From Tubulanus polymorphus (Eukaryota > Animalia > Nemertea): DNA of 64,000 bases. Positions 50,434 to 64,000 of the stretch are shown piece by piece. The position numbers and the translations under genes were made by a program. The DNA lies in NCBI RefSeq assembly GCF_964204645.1, contig NC_134034.1:124001-188000 (forward strand), written 5' to 3'. How positions within the stretch are numbered: position 1 is the first letter of the stretch; every line of letters starts with the position of its first letter. The notes beneath the pieces are model-generated. The model was not told the origin of the DNA. It saw nothing but the letters and a program-made list of their open reading frames with translations, and did no database searches.

Positions 50434-50506
50434 GGGGAACTAGCTCAGATGGTAGAGCGCTCGCTTAGCATGCGAGAGGTACCGGGATCGATGCCCGGGT
50501 TCTCCA
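50434..50506 (+). tRNA. trnA-AGC: tRNA-Ala (anticodon AGC)
   Basis: GGGGAACTAGCTCAGATGGTAGAGCGCTCGCTTAGCATGCGAGAGGTACCGGGATCGATGCCCGGGTTCTCCA folds as a cloverleaf; G3:U70 alanine identity pair; A/B boxes intact. Confidence 0.96.
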
Positions 50507-50517
50507 GCAGGAACTGA

Positions 50518-50524
50518 TTTTTTT
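50518..50524 (+). terminator. Pol III terminator (T7) of tRNA-Ala
   Basis: Run of 7 T, 11 nt after the tRNA 3' end. Confidence 0.8.
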
Positions 50525-52459
50525 CGAAGGATCGATCAAGTTTTGGGTTGTAACCATGCAAACTTGCAACGTCTGCATCTAGAGAAGTTTATTTTGGAGA
50601 GCCCACGACTGCAGTGTAAATAATTTGATCATATTGGATAAAATATTATTCCAGGAAACCAGAAACCCAGGCATAGGCGTGTTAGCTTGTTGTAAGTAAA
50701 AATAGCGCAGTGACTGACGTACGTAGATCCTCCGAGAAAGCTAAACATAAGGAAGGCGCCCGTGCCCACCCCCCCCCCCCCCCCCCCCGATAATTCTAGT
50801 CTCTACAAATTGTGTATGATCAACCATAATATTCTTAATCAACCATTAGTTTTATTTTCACTGATATTATATTGTTTTCGTTGATTATGCCTCTGTGTAG
50901 CTTACATAATACAGGTAGTTTTTGTCCCATAAATATTCGGGACGTGAAAAATGGCTCCAGTAAAATCTAATACGTAGATAAATTTTGTAATTTGAATAAT
51001 GGATTCACCATACGTACAATTAATTCGTTTCATGGCTGCATAAAATAGTTACATATAAATTGTATATAAATTCAAACAGCGAGAATGAACAATGTTTAAT
51101 TTTTAAATCATGCACCACACGACGCCCATCCGCCCGAAATACTGACTTAACCAAAAATACATATGCACTTTAGATAATACGTGATTCTAATAACGGTGCC
51201 TCCTCCTTCCACGGCTAATAACGGTGCCTCCTCCTCCTCGGGTTCTGCTGGTTTGTAACCATTGAGTCTCGTTAACCATTCAAATCAAAATTCTACTCGA
51301 CAATTCTAAAGAACTGAACGTCAATATTGCTGAGAGCATCTCAGATTTGGGGCTTCTATTCCTTCATAACAATATCGTAAAATTACGATCGTTTCGTTTA
51401 GAATATTTCTGATGTGCTCAGATTTCTAATAGAGATCCTATTTCACACCCCATTGTAATAAGGCTATTTGTTATAATTGCTTGTTCTACTCTTGTTAAAC
51501 TCTCCTTAAATTTCCAAATAATTTATCAATTCTCTTTTCCTATATTCGTCCATTTCTCTTTCTGCCTGCGACAGTTGTCAGTGGCCTAATAAGGCTTTAC
51601 TTGGCCCACACAGAAAGCTATTTCAATCTTTCTTTTTAAATTGTGCTTGTTGAAAAAATTCGATATCCTATTATTGTGTTTGTGTTTCACGAAACCTGCG
51701 CTATGAGCGTAGGAACAGTGTGTCGACCGTCTTAGAATTTATAAATGGAAGTCTGAGGTTGATGTGGCCTCAGAATGTGGCCGAGATAAAAACAATTTCA
51801 TCGCGGAAAACGCGGAAAAACCTCAACAAAATCCAATTCGTTTCGAATAAAATGATGTGAATTTAAACAACGGATTTTAACCGAATTAAAAGAGAAATGT
51901 TTCTAGTACATTTTTCACCTATGTTTTTGTTAAGGTGCGGGGAATAATGTGGGAGGCATTTCTTGAATATTTCTTTCAATTTCACACGCCACACGTCGCG
52001 CCGTTCCGTTGTATCCTTGGTGTCCAATAATAATCCTCGCTTTGTCGTAAAACGTGCGGCTATTTTTAAACGCGAAATTCCGACAACAATGGCGACACCA
52101 GCCCGACCGGAAATACTACTGTGAACAGGGCACGCCGGGTATTATTGATCTGTTAAGATAACACACGTGTCAAATTCAATACGATTGAATGCGTAACCAT
52201 ACTAGCGGAAGAGCCGATTGGACATTGAGCGGGTGTTGGGTGCAGAGAGTTCAGTACAATCTGCCTTCATCAATCCCCCTATGACATCATCAAATCGTGA
52301 TTTTGTTCAGGATAGACACTCTAATATATAAAAGATTTTTCTATGATCCCCTATGACATCATCAAATTGATCTTTAGACCCTTCTGAAAAAGATGGCAAC
52401 CTCCAAAAATCGACCTATGATATCATCACGCAAATTGTGTGAAAGCCTCAACCGCAGCA

Positions 52460-52596
52460 TGGACTGGACTGGACGTGGACTGGACGTGTGGACTGGACGT
52501 GTGGACTGGACGTGGACTGGACGTGGACTGGACGTGGACTGGATGTGGACTGGACGTGTGGACTGGACGTGGACGTGGACTGGATGTGGATTGGAC
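52460..52596. repeat. tggac(g/t) low-complexity repeat
   Basis: Direct observation. Confidence 0.88.
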
Positions 52597-55500
52597 GAGA
52601 TCCGTCACTCCACCTGGCCTGTAGCCTCACTCTGGAGCGCGTACCCTGCTTGCAGACTATACGGTCTGGATCGATAATGTCACAGACAGTTACATCAGCA
52701 GCAGCAGCTGCTGCAGCATCCAGTAGTGAACGTGGCTACATCACCCCCCTCGAAGCACGAGCACCTCAAAGCCATTGAATCCATACATTACGCGTGCGCA
52801 CACCCGACCCTGCTGCCCCAACAGTCGGTTGGTTTCCCGGCAACGTGAAATTACTACTATTTACTCAACTGCAATAAAACAAAAGTCGATTAATTAATTA
52901 ATAACACCTTGATTTCTATCAGATTCAGCACCACTAAAAACATCAGACACAGAACCGATATTTACACCAGAAACGTGAACCCGCTCTGATAACCCTCCGA
53001 CTTTTTTTCTAGATACTTAATTGTCCGATTTATAAAATCTCAGATTTCATGCAAGGAAAGTAGATTCCACGGAATCCTTTTTAAATTGTCGGTGAAATTT
53101 CTAATTAAAGAGATAATTTCTATAAAACACGGCTCGGCTCCTGCAGTCCGTGTTAAAAACACGGCTCGGCTCCTGCAGTCCGTGTTAAAAACACGGTTCG
53201 GCTGCAACTCACAACGGTGAAACATTAACAGTGCAAACTACATCATCTATATAGAATTCTTATTGGCATTTTCTATTCCAAAAAGAGAAGTCGTTTCCAT
53301 AGAAAAGGCGTCTTCATAAGGCCAAATAAAGATGGCATAAAATCCCTGTGCATCAGAATGAATTGAGTCTAAAATGTTGTATTCCTTGAGCTAGTGTAGT
53401 TTGTTCAACATTTTGACTTTATCCAGCAATACAGAATTCTACTCTTTCTATCCTTAACTATGAAACAGCGAGAGGAATTATTGTATGATGGACTCAAAAA
53501 CGAAGAGTCCATGTTGTAACAAACAGCGAGAAGAAATGCAGCCCGCGACCAACAGCTTTTTTCCAATAACTATAAATTATTATGATATAACCCCGTGCGA
53601 TCAAAATCTAAAATTATATCCTCAATATGACTTCAATGAATCGTATAAACAAATGATTTTTCGACTGAGAAAAACTTGAAATTTGTCGTTTCTAAATGTC
53701 ACTGACTGATTGGACGGGTTTCCGGAAACGTTGATTTTAAAACAGATTTTGATTCTATTGGATTTTTTTTATCTAAAATATATAATTCATCTCAATGATG
53801 AAATGTACTTCATAATGATCGTGTTCCTACAAGTTTTTACCCTACACCTCCATGTCTTTCGTGATTTAAAATATATCATTCCTCCACAGGGCGTTTCGTG
53901 TAACCATAGCTCTTGTTTTACAGTTATCATTTTCTGAAACATTGAAATGATAAACTGTACTTCCCTACAAGTCTACCCCTCCCCACTTCCTGTCTCATCA
54001 TTTACTGATCCTAGACTTTAGGATCAGAATCTGTCTGAATTTAGACAGTAATAAAATTATTAAAAGTCTCAAGAAGTAATTTTTGTAATGCGATCCTCTT
54101 AGACTAGAATCAATTTAGATCAATGATTTTTGTTTGAATGAAGCGATCAATTTGAAATGGAAATCAATTCACTGCTATCGTGGTTGTAAGATTTGTGATT
54201 CGATTAGAAAGCAAGAACGAGTTTAGATGTGTCTAGAGTGAATCACGAGCGTCACCAGACGGGGGTCTAGGGGGCGCGGGGGTCTAGGGGACGCGGACGA
54301 TACCCCCCTTAAAATCCAAATTTTTATTATTTCTAGATTTTCACACCGGAAATTTCATAAATATCTTGCCTTAAAACGTCCAGAAAACGCCCCTTTCTCA
54401 GGTTTCTGATTTCAAAAATTAAGCCTATTGATGCACATTCAGAAATACTCGTCTTGCTTTCGGCGCTTGGCGCGGATACACTGCAAAGTATGGCATTCAG
54501 TTCCGCTATTCTGAATCCCTTTAAAAATCCTTGTGGCCCGCGACTGCATGTTTTTATGTAAAGTTTATTCAGAAATCAACAAAAATCTATCCCTAGTTTT
54601 CATAGATTTAAAAATTCAAAAGTTTATTTGCCCCATAAAGAATTTGAGCACAGATCTAACAATACATTCGGTCAAAAACAATATTTAATTTCGCAGGTTT
54701 TTCTAAGGTACAGGCATCAATACAATCACGGTTTTGATGAAATTCTTATAAGTCGCTAAGCAGGAGAAAAAATGATCCAGGAATATAGTGAAATAAAGTG
54801 GTTCATTTCAATACGCAAACACGACTTCCGCGTTTCTAAACAGATTTTCTCAATTGTTGCAACAAAAAATACATCATTGGGACGAGAAGAAAATAAAAAT
54901 GCTATTTTTTCTCCAACTTTACGAGTGTTTATTTATGTAAACCAGCTGTATATTCATTATATACATTTCAGTGAGTGTTTAGCGAGAGAGAGGGAGAGAG
55001 AAGCGTTCAGATACCTCTCTCATCAGTCTGTTCGTCTGCTCCTCACTCGACGACAAACTCATCTAGAAACAAACAATTAATAGCTGTTAGAAGAATTACA
55101 TCTCGAAATTCGTCATGGACACGTCCCGTTTCGATCAGCCAATCAGATCGCTGCTTTCTACTAAACGTACACACTGGAACGTAAGTTTTTATTCATTCAC
55201 CTTGAAAAAATGTCATAATGACGTCACATTCAGATACGGTAACTGCACCTCGGGGAAGGCGCGAGGAGGGTAACTGCTCCTCGGGGAGGGCGTGAGGAGG
55301 GCTATTTTGACACTAGTTTCTGAGAGGCCGCCCTAGAGCGAGCGTTCAATGGAATAATGAGTGTGAAAAGTGAATACCCGATATCTCTCTCGCTTTATAG
55401 ATTGTTCATTCATCTCACTCTGAAGAGATCCTTTGTACACAAAATGTCGTCAAAATATTTGATGAAAGCACAATAGAAATTTTTATACAATATGAAAATC

Positions 55501-57102
55501 ACAAATAGTAACAGCAGTTGTATTAGTTAGACTGGGCGCTTCTCAACGCGGATCCGGTTAGCGCTAGAGAGAGAGATAAATCTCTGTTTGACCAGGGTCG
55601 AAGTTGGAAATATGGACGTATCGACGTCAACCTGAATATCGCTCTCAAGTCAGACAAATTTTCACCTTCCTAGAAAAGGTCCGAATTGAGCGGATATGCA
55701 TATGCCTGATGCACTTATGACTCTAACCATGGCAAGACAACAGTTTTGAGTTTGTGAGGATTGTATTGGTAAAAATTAAACATGAACTCAGCAAATTACT
55801 AACCACCAAAAACAGAGGGACTGGACCAATTATGATGTATGGCCTAATATGGAGCCTTGACGGTCTCCACGACAGGGCTACCAGTCGGGGCTCATTCCGG
55901 CCTAACTCTCATGATTTGTCGTGTATGAAACCAAATCGATAACGATAAACCACCAGTAATCTATATACGCGCATAGTCACGTGATAGTAAGTGCTGAAAT
56001 TAGGTGGGCGAATTATCTATCAGTACAGTGGTTGTTGTATCAGCGCCGCCGAGCCGTCTGCTCTAGTTTACAGCAGTAGAGAAATCGATAAAGCAGTGCT
56101 CCGGTACGCGCTGTGGTATTACTCACACAGTGTGCTGTATGTACGCACACGTTCTGTCACATCTCAGAATATTCGGTCTGATCTGACGAGGTCCCCGCAA
56201 TCGGGTCATCAGTCTCCCGGTTATAGTAACGTGACGTCATCACGACCCCCCGTGACGTCAACCCAGCCGTTGTAATCCATGGCGGCGCAATCAATCAAAA
56301 CTTTAGTTTTTAATCCGAATTCAAAATGTTTTAAAAAATTTTTTTATGAACTTTTCCTGAATTTGATAAAATTCTATTTCGTCGTTTCGTCAATACAAAA
56401 TTCGTATCAGAACTTGATATTTTATATCTAAAAAATCGAGTTTTAAACTGATGTTTGGTTCATGGTCAGAAGGCCAGGACCCAGTTTATACACAGTTCTG
56501 ATTTAACTTATATAAACTACAAATGTGGACCCGAATCCACGATTGACCCACAGTTTTTGAATCGCGCAGGCTGTGCTAAAAGGTCTGGTTTCAACAAGCA
56601 AAATAAATCGTATCAATCTGCAGATTATGGTAGATATAATGTCTCTACTGGGGCCGTTCTGTGTCTAATTTTTCCAGTTTCATAGGAGTGAATTCATTTT
56701 ATCCAGTGTTTTTTTTTTTTATCCGGGAATAAACTCCTTATTGTTACGCAATCCCGTCGAAGGTTTGTGGCTATTTTAGAGATGTAAAGATTTGAGTGGG
56801 GTTGAAATGATTATCTATATTTAGATGTTAGCAAGAATTACTTATAAATATTGAAAACCGTGCGTCCATCATCACCTCATTAATCTCCGCGTCGATTCAC
56901 GGCGAATTTAGCCGTGAAAATTATTATTTTCTGCGGTGATTGTGTAAATAAATTAATAGCTATTTTTTCCTGGCATCAGTCAGGTATATACACGGCGGTT
57001 CATTATAGTCTTTTCCACAAGCAGTATCGTCGAATATTTCTACAATTTATAGACAATAATTTGAAGCATTTGAAAGCGTGTAATTTGACTTTTCTGGAGT
57101 GA

Positions 57103-57210
<108 letters not shown>

Positions 57211-60200
57211 ACAATGAGTCCTATCTGATCAAAGTTCCACATTGACTCTCACGTGTAAATAAATATCAGACACGGACTGTCAGAGGTTGCTCAGTTTCAC
57301 GTCGGTATAACAACACATGAAACCGCGGAAACGTATTCATCATTAGATGTCGTCACATTTGTTACTGAAGTCATCTCTATTTTCTGAGTATGATATTTCT
57401 AATTGAATCTACCGCGGAGTTGCCCTAATCATGTATTTTCTGATTCAATTTAACTCGAAGTAGCCCTAATCATGTGTCGAATTACTCCAAGAATTAACTA
57501 AGTGTGACTCTTCGTTTAGATAAGTCATGTCACATTACTGAAGTCATCTCTAGTTTTGAGTCTCAATTTCTATTTCATTATTGATAATTATGGGGGTGAT
57601 TTTGCCCGATCCATCGACAGTTATCTCTGAACTCAGGACCCGGGTTCCACAGTTGTCAGTTAGAGTTAACTGTGAGCTCGGTATCCAGTTCCTGCGAGTT
57701 TAAAGTTAACTCTAATGTTATTTCATCATGTTTAAACTCAAGAGTCAAATTTAAACCGACATGGAATTGATCGAGTAAAAAGATAAACAGATTTACTCTC
57801 GTGAAAATGATGAACGAGGAATTAAAAAATATTTCGGCTCGTTCAGAGAATTTGCGAGGATTAGAATATTGTGTCAGTCTCCGCAGCGACACGTCGCAAA
57901 CTGAAACACAGATCAATTCATACAACACGACAATAGGAAAAATAGGGACAACAGAAAATAATAAAACTACAGAGAAATTCCATTATAAACCAACAGTTCA
58001 CTTCACTATCTCTCATTGTCTCAATATCATTTCTGATATTTCACTCTCTTTCCTTCTTGTTTTCAGATAGTAACAATCCCTGCCTTTTTTCTGTAATTTT
58101 ATTAAAACTCGTATTCGATCTTCAATGTCAGGGACAGTGGGGGTGGGAATGCTTGAGGCCCTGGGGGTGGTGCTGAGGTTACGTGCGAACCCGCAACTGA
58201 AATTTGCCGAATAGGCCGACCCTTTTTACCGACCTCTATTTTTCAATACGTCTCTACAAATACACTCAAAGTCGCCGTAGATAATAAGATCAAATGCCCT
58301 GAAAACTCAATAAAACCGAGTCGAATTTTTGAAATTTTCCGCGGGGGCCTCCGGAACCCCTGGGGGTTTTACACTGTCGGTGCTCGCTCAGCACCCGCTA
58401 TAAAGTATATTATATAGTTCCCCTTTGTTGCTGCACCCCTTTAAAGAGATCCACCCAGTGAAGTTCTCTTAGAAATCCATTTCAAACGGTTTGTCCTCCT
58501 CCGCCTTATATCGGTTTCATTTCATCACCCGGCTGCGGCTATAGAGTTTCTGAGCACAGTAACCGGCGTTGCCGTTTCAAATTTGATCTCGGCGGAGTCA
58601 CCCCCGGGTTGTGATGGGCGGGGGTGGATGTGTGTGATGATGACGTGAATGTGACGCGTGGCGGTGAGGTTTGATTAATGTCACTGACCTATATCCAGCT
58701 GTATGTGTCACACTGAACTATAGCCGGGTCAAATGTTCATGAAGAAAAAACGATGTTGATTTATATACACAGTGGAACTCTGATCCACTCGCGGCTGAAG
58801 CTGTCTCGGGTTATTGTAACTGAAATCGTCTTTATTTTTGAGCCTCAATTTATTTTTGTAATTCAATTTACTAAGAGTCTCCAAGTCGTAAGAATAAAAA
58901 GTCGTCGATGATCGTCACCGTTTCGCGGAGATTTTCACAGCACAAGCTTAGGGCCTAATTTACTGGTGCATTACCTGCTCGAAAACAAATAAATAACTTG
59001 TTAAAAATCTGATATCTAAAATAGAAACTGTTTTTCGTAGTCGATTCTGAAATAAAATGTTTCTATTCAGAATGTGATTTTCTTCGAGCGAGAGGTTCAC
59101 TAATTGCCGGACTCTGAGCGAGAGGTTCACTAAATGCCGGACTCTGAAATGTGAATCTCTTCTCTCTCCGAGTTCGAGGATAAGTCTCGACTCAAATTAT
59201 CAATGTGAGAAAAATCTAGAGCTTTCGAGACTTTAACAAGATGCAAGCTGTGGCTCCGGTTACCGGCCGTATCGGAACCTGTAGCCGGAGCTCTCAACCC
59301 AACATCTAGCCCCAGTTTCTCTCTCTCTGGTGAAAGTGGATTCCCGTATTGGATTTAGACCCAGTTTAGTTTCCTAACAAAAAAATCATAATGGCGGATT
59401 TCAGATCCTCGGAATGAAAATGGACGCGTGCGAGAAATTTACGCCGCCGCCACAAACTAAAAATTCCGCAATTTTTCGGACTTGGAATAATTTCATTCAT
59501 AACCGGACGAGTTAACAAGACCCTTGAGTTGCGTGTACCACGTGCTCGGCTCTTTCATTCCACGCACACACGCACGCCGCACGCACTCTGCGTGAACGGC
59601 GTCGAAAAAATAATTTTTGAGTCTGAACGTTCTGCGCAGCTCGCATATAATCTCATTAACATAATTTATTCATCGAGCCTCGTGTCGGAAGCGCCGCATG
59701 ACTCATCAATACGTCACAGAGCGAACAATCGCCCGGGACAACAGCTCGCTCTAAACTCGTTTAACAGTCGACTTATATCGACGAGAAAACGAATAAATGT
59801 CCTTTTAGTCAAGTAACTCACGACTTGTGGCTCAAACGGGCCTTCAAAATTTTTTTACGTCAGAATTCGGCGTTTTTACGAACTGAACATTTCCACTGCG
59901 CCGATCGCGATCTACGCTCGTCGAGCCAGAAACGTATGCAAATGAGATCTACGTCACCGGGTCACGTGACGTTATCTGTTTTTCAGAGCCTAGCCGATCT
60001 GGATATCGCAGCTGAGATATCGGTAAGTGTTTAGCGGTTTTACTCTATGTTCGCCGTTTCTTTGCGGCACAAAATTGCGCCAAACAACAGTTAAAACCGT
60101 TCACTGTTTAAATTCGTAAAGCCGTCAAGGTGCGTAGCGACGACGCTTAGAAATCGGGCCACAAATTTCGGCCCTGGTTTCGGCGTTAGTTCGTCATTCA

Positions 60201-60809
60201 AGATGGCGCCTCAGTGTTGTATGCACACTTAGTGTGTTGTGAGTGTATAAGACGGATAGAGAGAGAGAGCGCAGGAGAGAGCCGCTGGTTCTGTACTCTT
60301 GGCCAGGCAGGCAATGTTGACAAATGAGCTTGTATTGAATTGAATGCTATATCTACGAGTACCGGCGCTATTTATGCGCTGTCGCTCTAGAAACAACACC
60401 GGGGTTTAGTTGTATTGTTATTGTATGTGCCGGCGCGCCAGTGGTTTTCATACACCGCAAAATCATTTCTTTTTACCTACTTTAGTGGTTTTAGTATCAG
60501 GTGATATAGAGCGGCTGCTGCTGGTTACTGAGTGGAGAATTAGTCTGATTTACGATGTATCTATCAGCAGCTCCATCCAGCCATGTGCGCTTCATATTAT
60601 TGTGATGGAATTAATTAAAAAGCGATGTCGAAAAATCTAGTACTTAATTCGAAAAATGAAAAAGTGTAGAATTGACTTTGCTCGAATGGAAAAAGGTAAC
60701 GTAGAGTATTTTTATAGTGGTACATAAGATTAGTTAGTTTTTAAGGGTTTAGGAAATGCTGTAAAATCTGTCGGGTAGAAAATAATACTCTGGTGGTTGT
60801 GACGCAGGG

Positions 60810-61130
60810 ACCGGTAACTTCTACCCCGAGTTGGTGTCATCATACAGAGTAAGAGTTTGTGAAATACAGTAGACTCTGTCTCTTACTGCGGTGAAGTTAA
60901 GACTGGTAAAATTCTACCCCGAGTTGGTGTCAAATACCGAGTAACAGTTTGTGGAATACAGTAGACTCTGTCTCTTACTGCGGTAAAGTTTAGACCGGTA
61001 AAATTCTACCCCGAGTTGGTGTCAAATACTGAGTAAGAGTTTGTGAAATACAGTAGACTCTGTCTCTTACTGCGGTAAAGTTGAGACTGGTAACATTCTA
61101 CCTCGAGTTTGTTTCAAATACTGAGTAAAA
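60810..61130. repeat. ~92-bp tandem repeat, ~3.5 copies
   Basis: ctacc(c/t)cgagtt anchor at 60821, 60914, 61006, 61098. Confidence 0.9.
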
Positions 61131-61504
61131 GTTTAAGAGAAGTTTAAGAGAAGGTAATCGGAAGCGATTGATTGTCAGGAGTCTCGTGTATGTAACGTGT
61201 CATACAAACTGCGGGGGTTGATAGCCATTTGATTGCGACGAATGTTTAATTGTCTGGTTAATTAGGGGGGATTAACGGATTAACGCTGGCGATTAGAAGC
61301 GATTAACGCTTAATTAAGTTTTTACGCCGAGAGGAGTTCAATAGAACGAGTGAGCGTCTCGTCTGCTGCTACTGCGCCGCCTGCGAGCAGCACCTCCCGG
61401 CCGCCTGCTCTCAATCCAGTTCCACAGTTTACTCTGAACCCAGTTCCACAGTTGTGTGGGTTTGATTTGACTCTGGATCCAGTTCCACAGTTATGTGGGT
61501 TAAA

Positions 61505-61801
61505 TTGTGTCGGCGACCCTCCCGGTGGTGTGGGTTGTGTCGGCGACCCTCTCGGTGGTGTGGGTTGTGTCGGCGACCCTCCCGGTGGTGTGGGTTGTGT
61601 CGGCGACCCTCTCGGTGGTGTGGGTTGTGTCGGCGACCCTCCCGGTGGTGTGGGTTGTGTCGGCGACCCTCCCGGTGGTGTGGGTTGTGTCGGCGACCCT
61701 CCCGGTGGTGTGGGTTGTGTCGGCGACCCTCCCGGTGGTGTGGGTTGTGTCGGCGACCCTCCCGGTGGTGTGGGTTGTGTCGGCGACCCTCCTGGTGGTG
61801 T
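61505..61801. repeat. 30-bp minisatellite, ~10 copies
   Basis: ttgtgtcggcgaccctcccggtggtgtggg; source of four overlapping ORFs. Confidence 0.95.
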
Positions 61802-62127
61802 CTGCTGAACGCTATGATAACATCGCACGCCGTAATTTACACCTTTGTGTGCGGTGGCTATTAAAAAACAAAAGGTTCTGCGCAGTGTCTCTAGTGAGGG
61901 AGAGAGAGGAGACAGCTCTGTGACGTGACACGAGTCTACTGCTGCTGCTGCTGCCGCTGCTGCTGCTGTGGTTTAATTCATCCACCACCCGGACATAAAC
62001 GACAAATCCATTATGCAAATAACCGCTCTAAAACAGATCGGTCTAATCTGTGTCTAGTACGTGATTGGCTGCCGTTTATAGATATATGATATGTTTATTG
62101 AATTGTTTTATCATTGACACCGCGACA

Positions 62128-62352
62128 ATGTAGCAATCGGCGCACACGGTTCGGCGGTGTGCCTGTATGTAGCAATCGGCGCACACGATTCGGCGGTGTG
62201 TCTGTATGTATCAGAGGCACACACGGTTCGGCGGTGTGCCTGTATGTATCAGAGGCACACACGGTTCGGCGGTGTGCCTGTACGTATTAGAGGCACACAC
62301 GGTTTGCGGGGTCCTGGCGGTGTGCCTGTATGTATCAGAGGCGCACACGGTT
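62128..62352. repeat. ~35-bp tandem repeat
   Basis: gcacacacggttcggcggtgtgcctgtatgtatcaga variants x ~6. Confidence 0.85.
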
Positions 62353-62485
62353 CTGATTGCATGAATCACAGGTAACTGCTTCCGGGTCCCATTTCACAAA
62401 AGACAAGAAACTTACGACGATCAGTTGCTATTGACAACCTCTCATTTTAACTTATATATAGAACAATAGATCATATTTATACCTC

Positions 62486-62700
<215 letters not shown>

Positions 62701-64000
62701 TTGCGTGAAATGGAATCGTGTCAGATAGTAGTCAGGTGAAACGTATATACGTCTAATGTATCGTCTGTTTGACAGCACAAATAGGTATGTCTTTAGCCGG
62801 TAAACCAAGGGGATGGAGGGAGGATGTAGGGAGGTCAGGTGACGAGGGAGGGAGTGTGGATGGATGGAGGTGAGAGGTCAGGACGGCGAGAGGGAGGTGA
62901 GGAGTAGTGGGAGGGAGTGAGTTGATGGGAAGACTGACAGGGCACGGCTCTCCTAATCTTATATTCACTATTCATTTCGATTAATTTTGAAGCGTTTAAT
63001 ATCAACTGATTTTTCGATGTTCTCTGCGGCTTCTAGTGTCTCGTATAGCAGTGATTGAATTCTGCTTGGTTCCTACCCTTCTCTACCCTCCCCCTCCCCC
63101 TCCCACTCCCCCTCCCTTTACAGAAATATTCCTTAGAAAAATAATTCTAGGCGGAAATCAATTGAATCAGTCGATTTTAACAGTCAGTGATTGAATCCAT
63201 TCTCTGTCGGGTAATACTATTGTTCGTAGCGGGTTAACGCTATTGTTCGGAAGGCGCATTGAGTCCACTGATTCCATCTGGCAAGAATCGAGATTTTCCG
63301 TGAATTCCCAACAGCGTGTCGCGCTCCGTGACCTTGATTCAGATGCGGAAGCGTTATCGCGCTCGAGACGAAGGTCACCCGAGTCTGTTGTGCTACCGGC
63401 AGTTTGACGCCGGGTACTGACGCCCCGGGGCAGACGAGAATACTCCGGGTGTCCCGTGTGAGGATGGTTTAAAGTACTGCTGCCCTAAGGGATAAAAAGA
63501 CAACAGAGCTGTTACAATAGACACTGACTCATCTCTACCCCGGAGCCTGCAGGGAAGATTCCGGACCCGGGGCTAGATTTGCGCGCTCCCTTCTCCTCGA
63601 GACTCTTACAAAACCCTGAGACAATCACCTCGAGAATCGGGGACGCGGCGTGCAGGCGCGGGGAGTCTCTGGAGAGATGACAGCATCGACTCTTCTCTTG
63701 TAGTGGTTCGGTCCACTAGGTGTCGCTGCGCTGCTGCTTCCAGTATAGGTTTCAGTTCTATCTGTGAGAAGTTCGGTAATATCTGTACCTATAATAGTCG
63801 CGATCATTTTGACGGCCGAAATACGCCTAATTTGGCCGTCAGACTAAGGCAGCTAGTTGCAATCAATTTAATTAGGGGGGTTGAATTTGGCCGCGAGCCA
63901 CGCCGATTTTATCACTCCGTAGTCTCGCGTTTTCTCTCTGTATCTCGGGAAATCGCGCGCGGCACGGTGAGTTATAGTCTGTTCGGTATCTCGTTATTGA

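Noticed and set aside
61322-61923. Pro-rich and Cys-rich repeat ORFs
   Set aside because: Four overlapping frames of one 30-bp minisatellite.
63625-63807. 60-aa minus-strand ORF MIATIIG...
   Set aside because: No recognisable domain and no downstream partner exons found.

Overview
Intron-rich animal (probably lophotrochozoan invertebrate) genomic DNA; the species cannot be confirmed from sequence alone. Five spliced protein-coding genes were reconstructed exon by exon by hand: a class B (secretin-family) GPCR of the CRF/DH44-receptor type (+, 5' end not identified), an integrin beta subunit (-), a CPVL-type S10 serine carboxypeptidase (-), an aldo-keto reductase (+) and SUGCT (-). There is also one tRNA-Ala(AGC). 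Introns and intergenic DNA are packed with minisatellites, MITE-like hairpins and a 4.9-kb inverted satellite complex; most long ORFs in the supplied track are repeat artefacts. The most notable observations concern splicing. (1) The head-to-head CPVL and AKR genes each carry a tandem-duplicated homologous exon pair separated by an unusually short intron (55 and 49 nt versus >=70 nt elsewhere), typical of mutually exclusive exons; in AKR the swapped exon carries three of the four catalytic residues. (2) Three introns contain tandem arrays built from the real 3' splice site itself (27, 13 and 2 copies); only the last copy gives an intact protein and every upstream copy leads to a premature stop. 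The region 50.6-64 kb has no confidently identifiable coding exon. All coordinates were read manually and may be off by a few bases.
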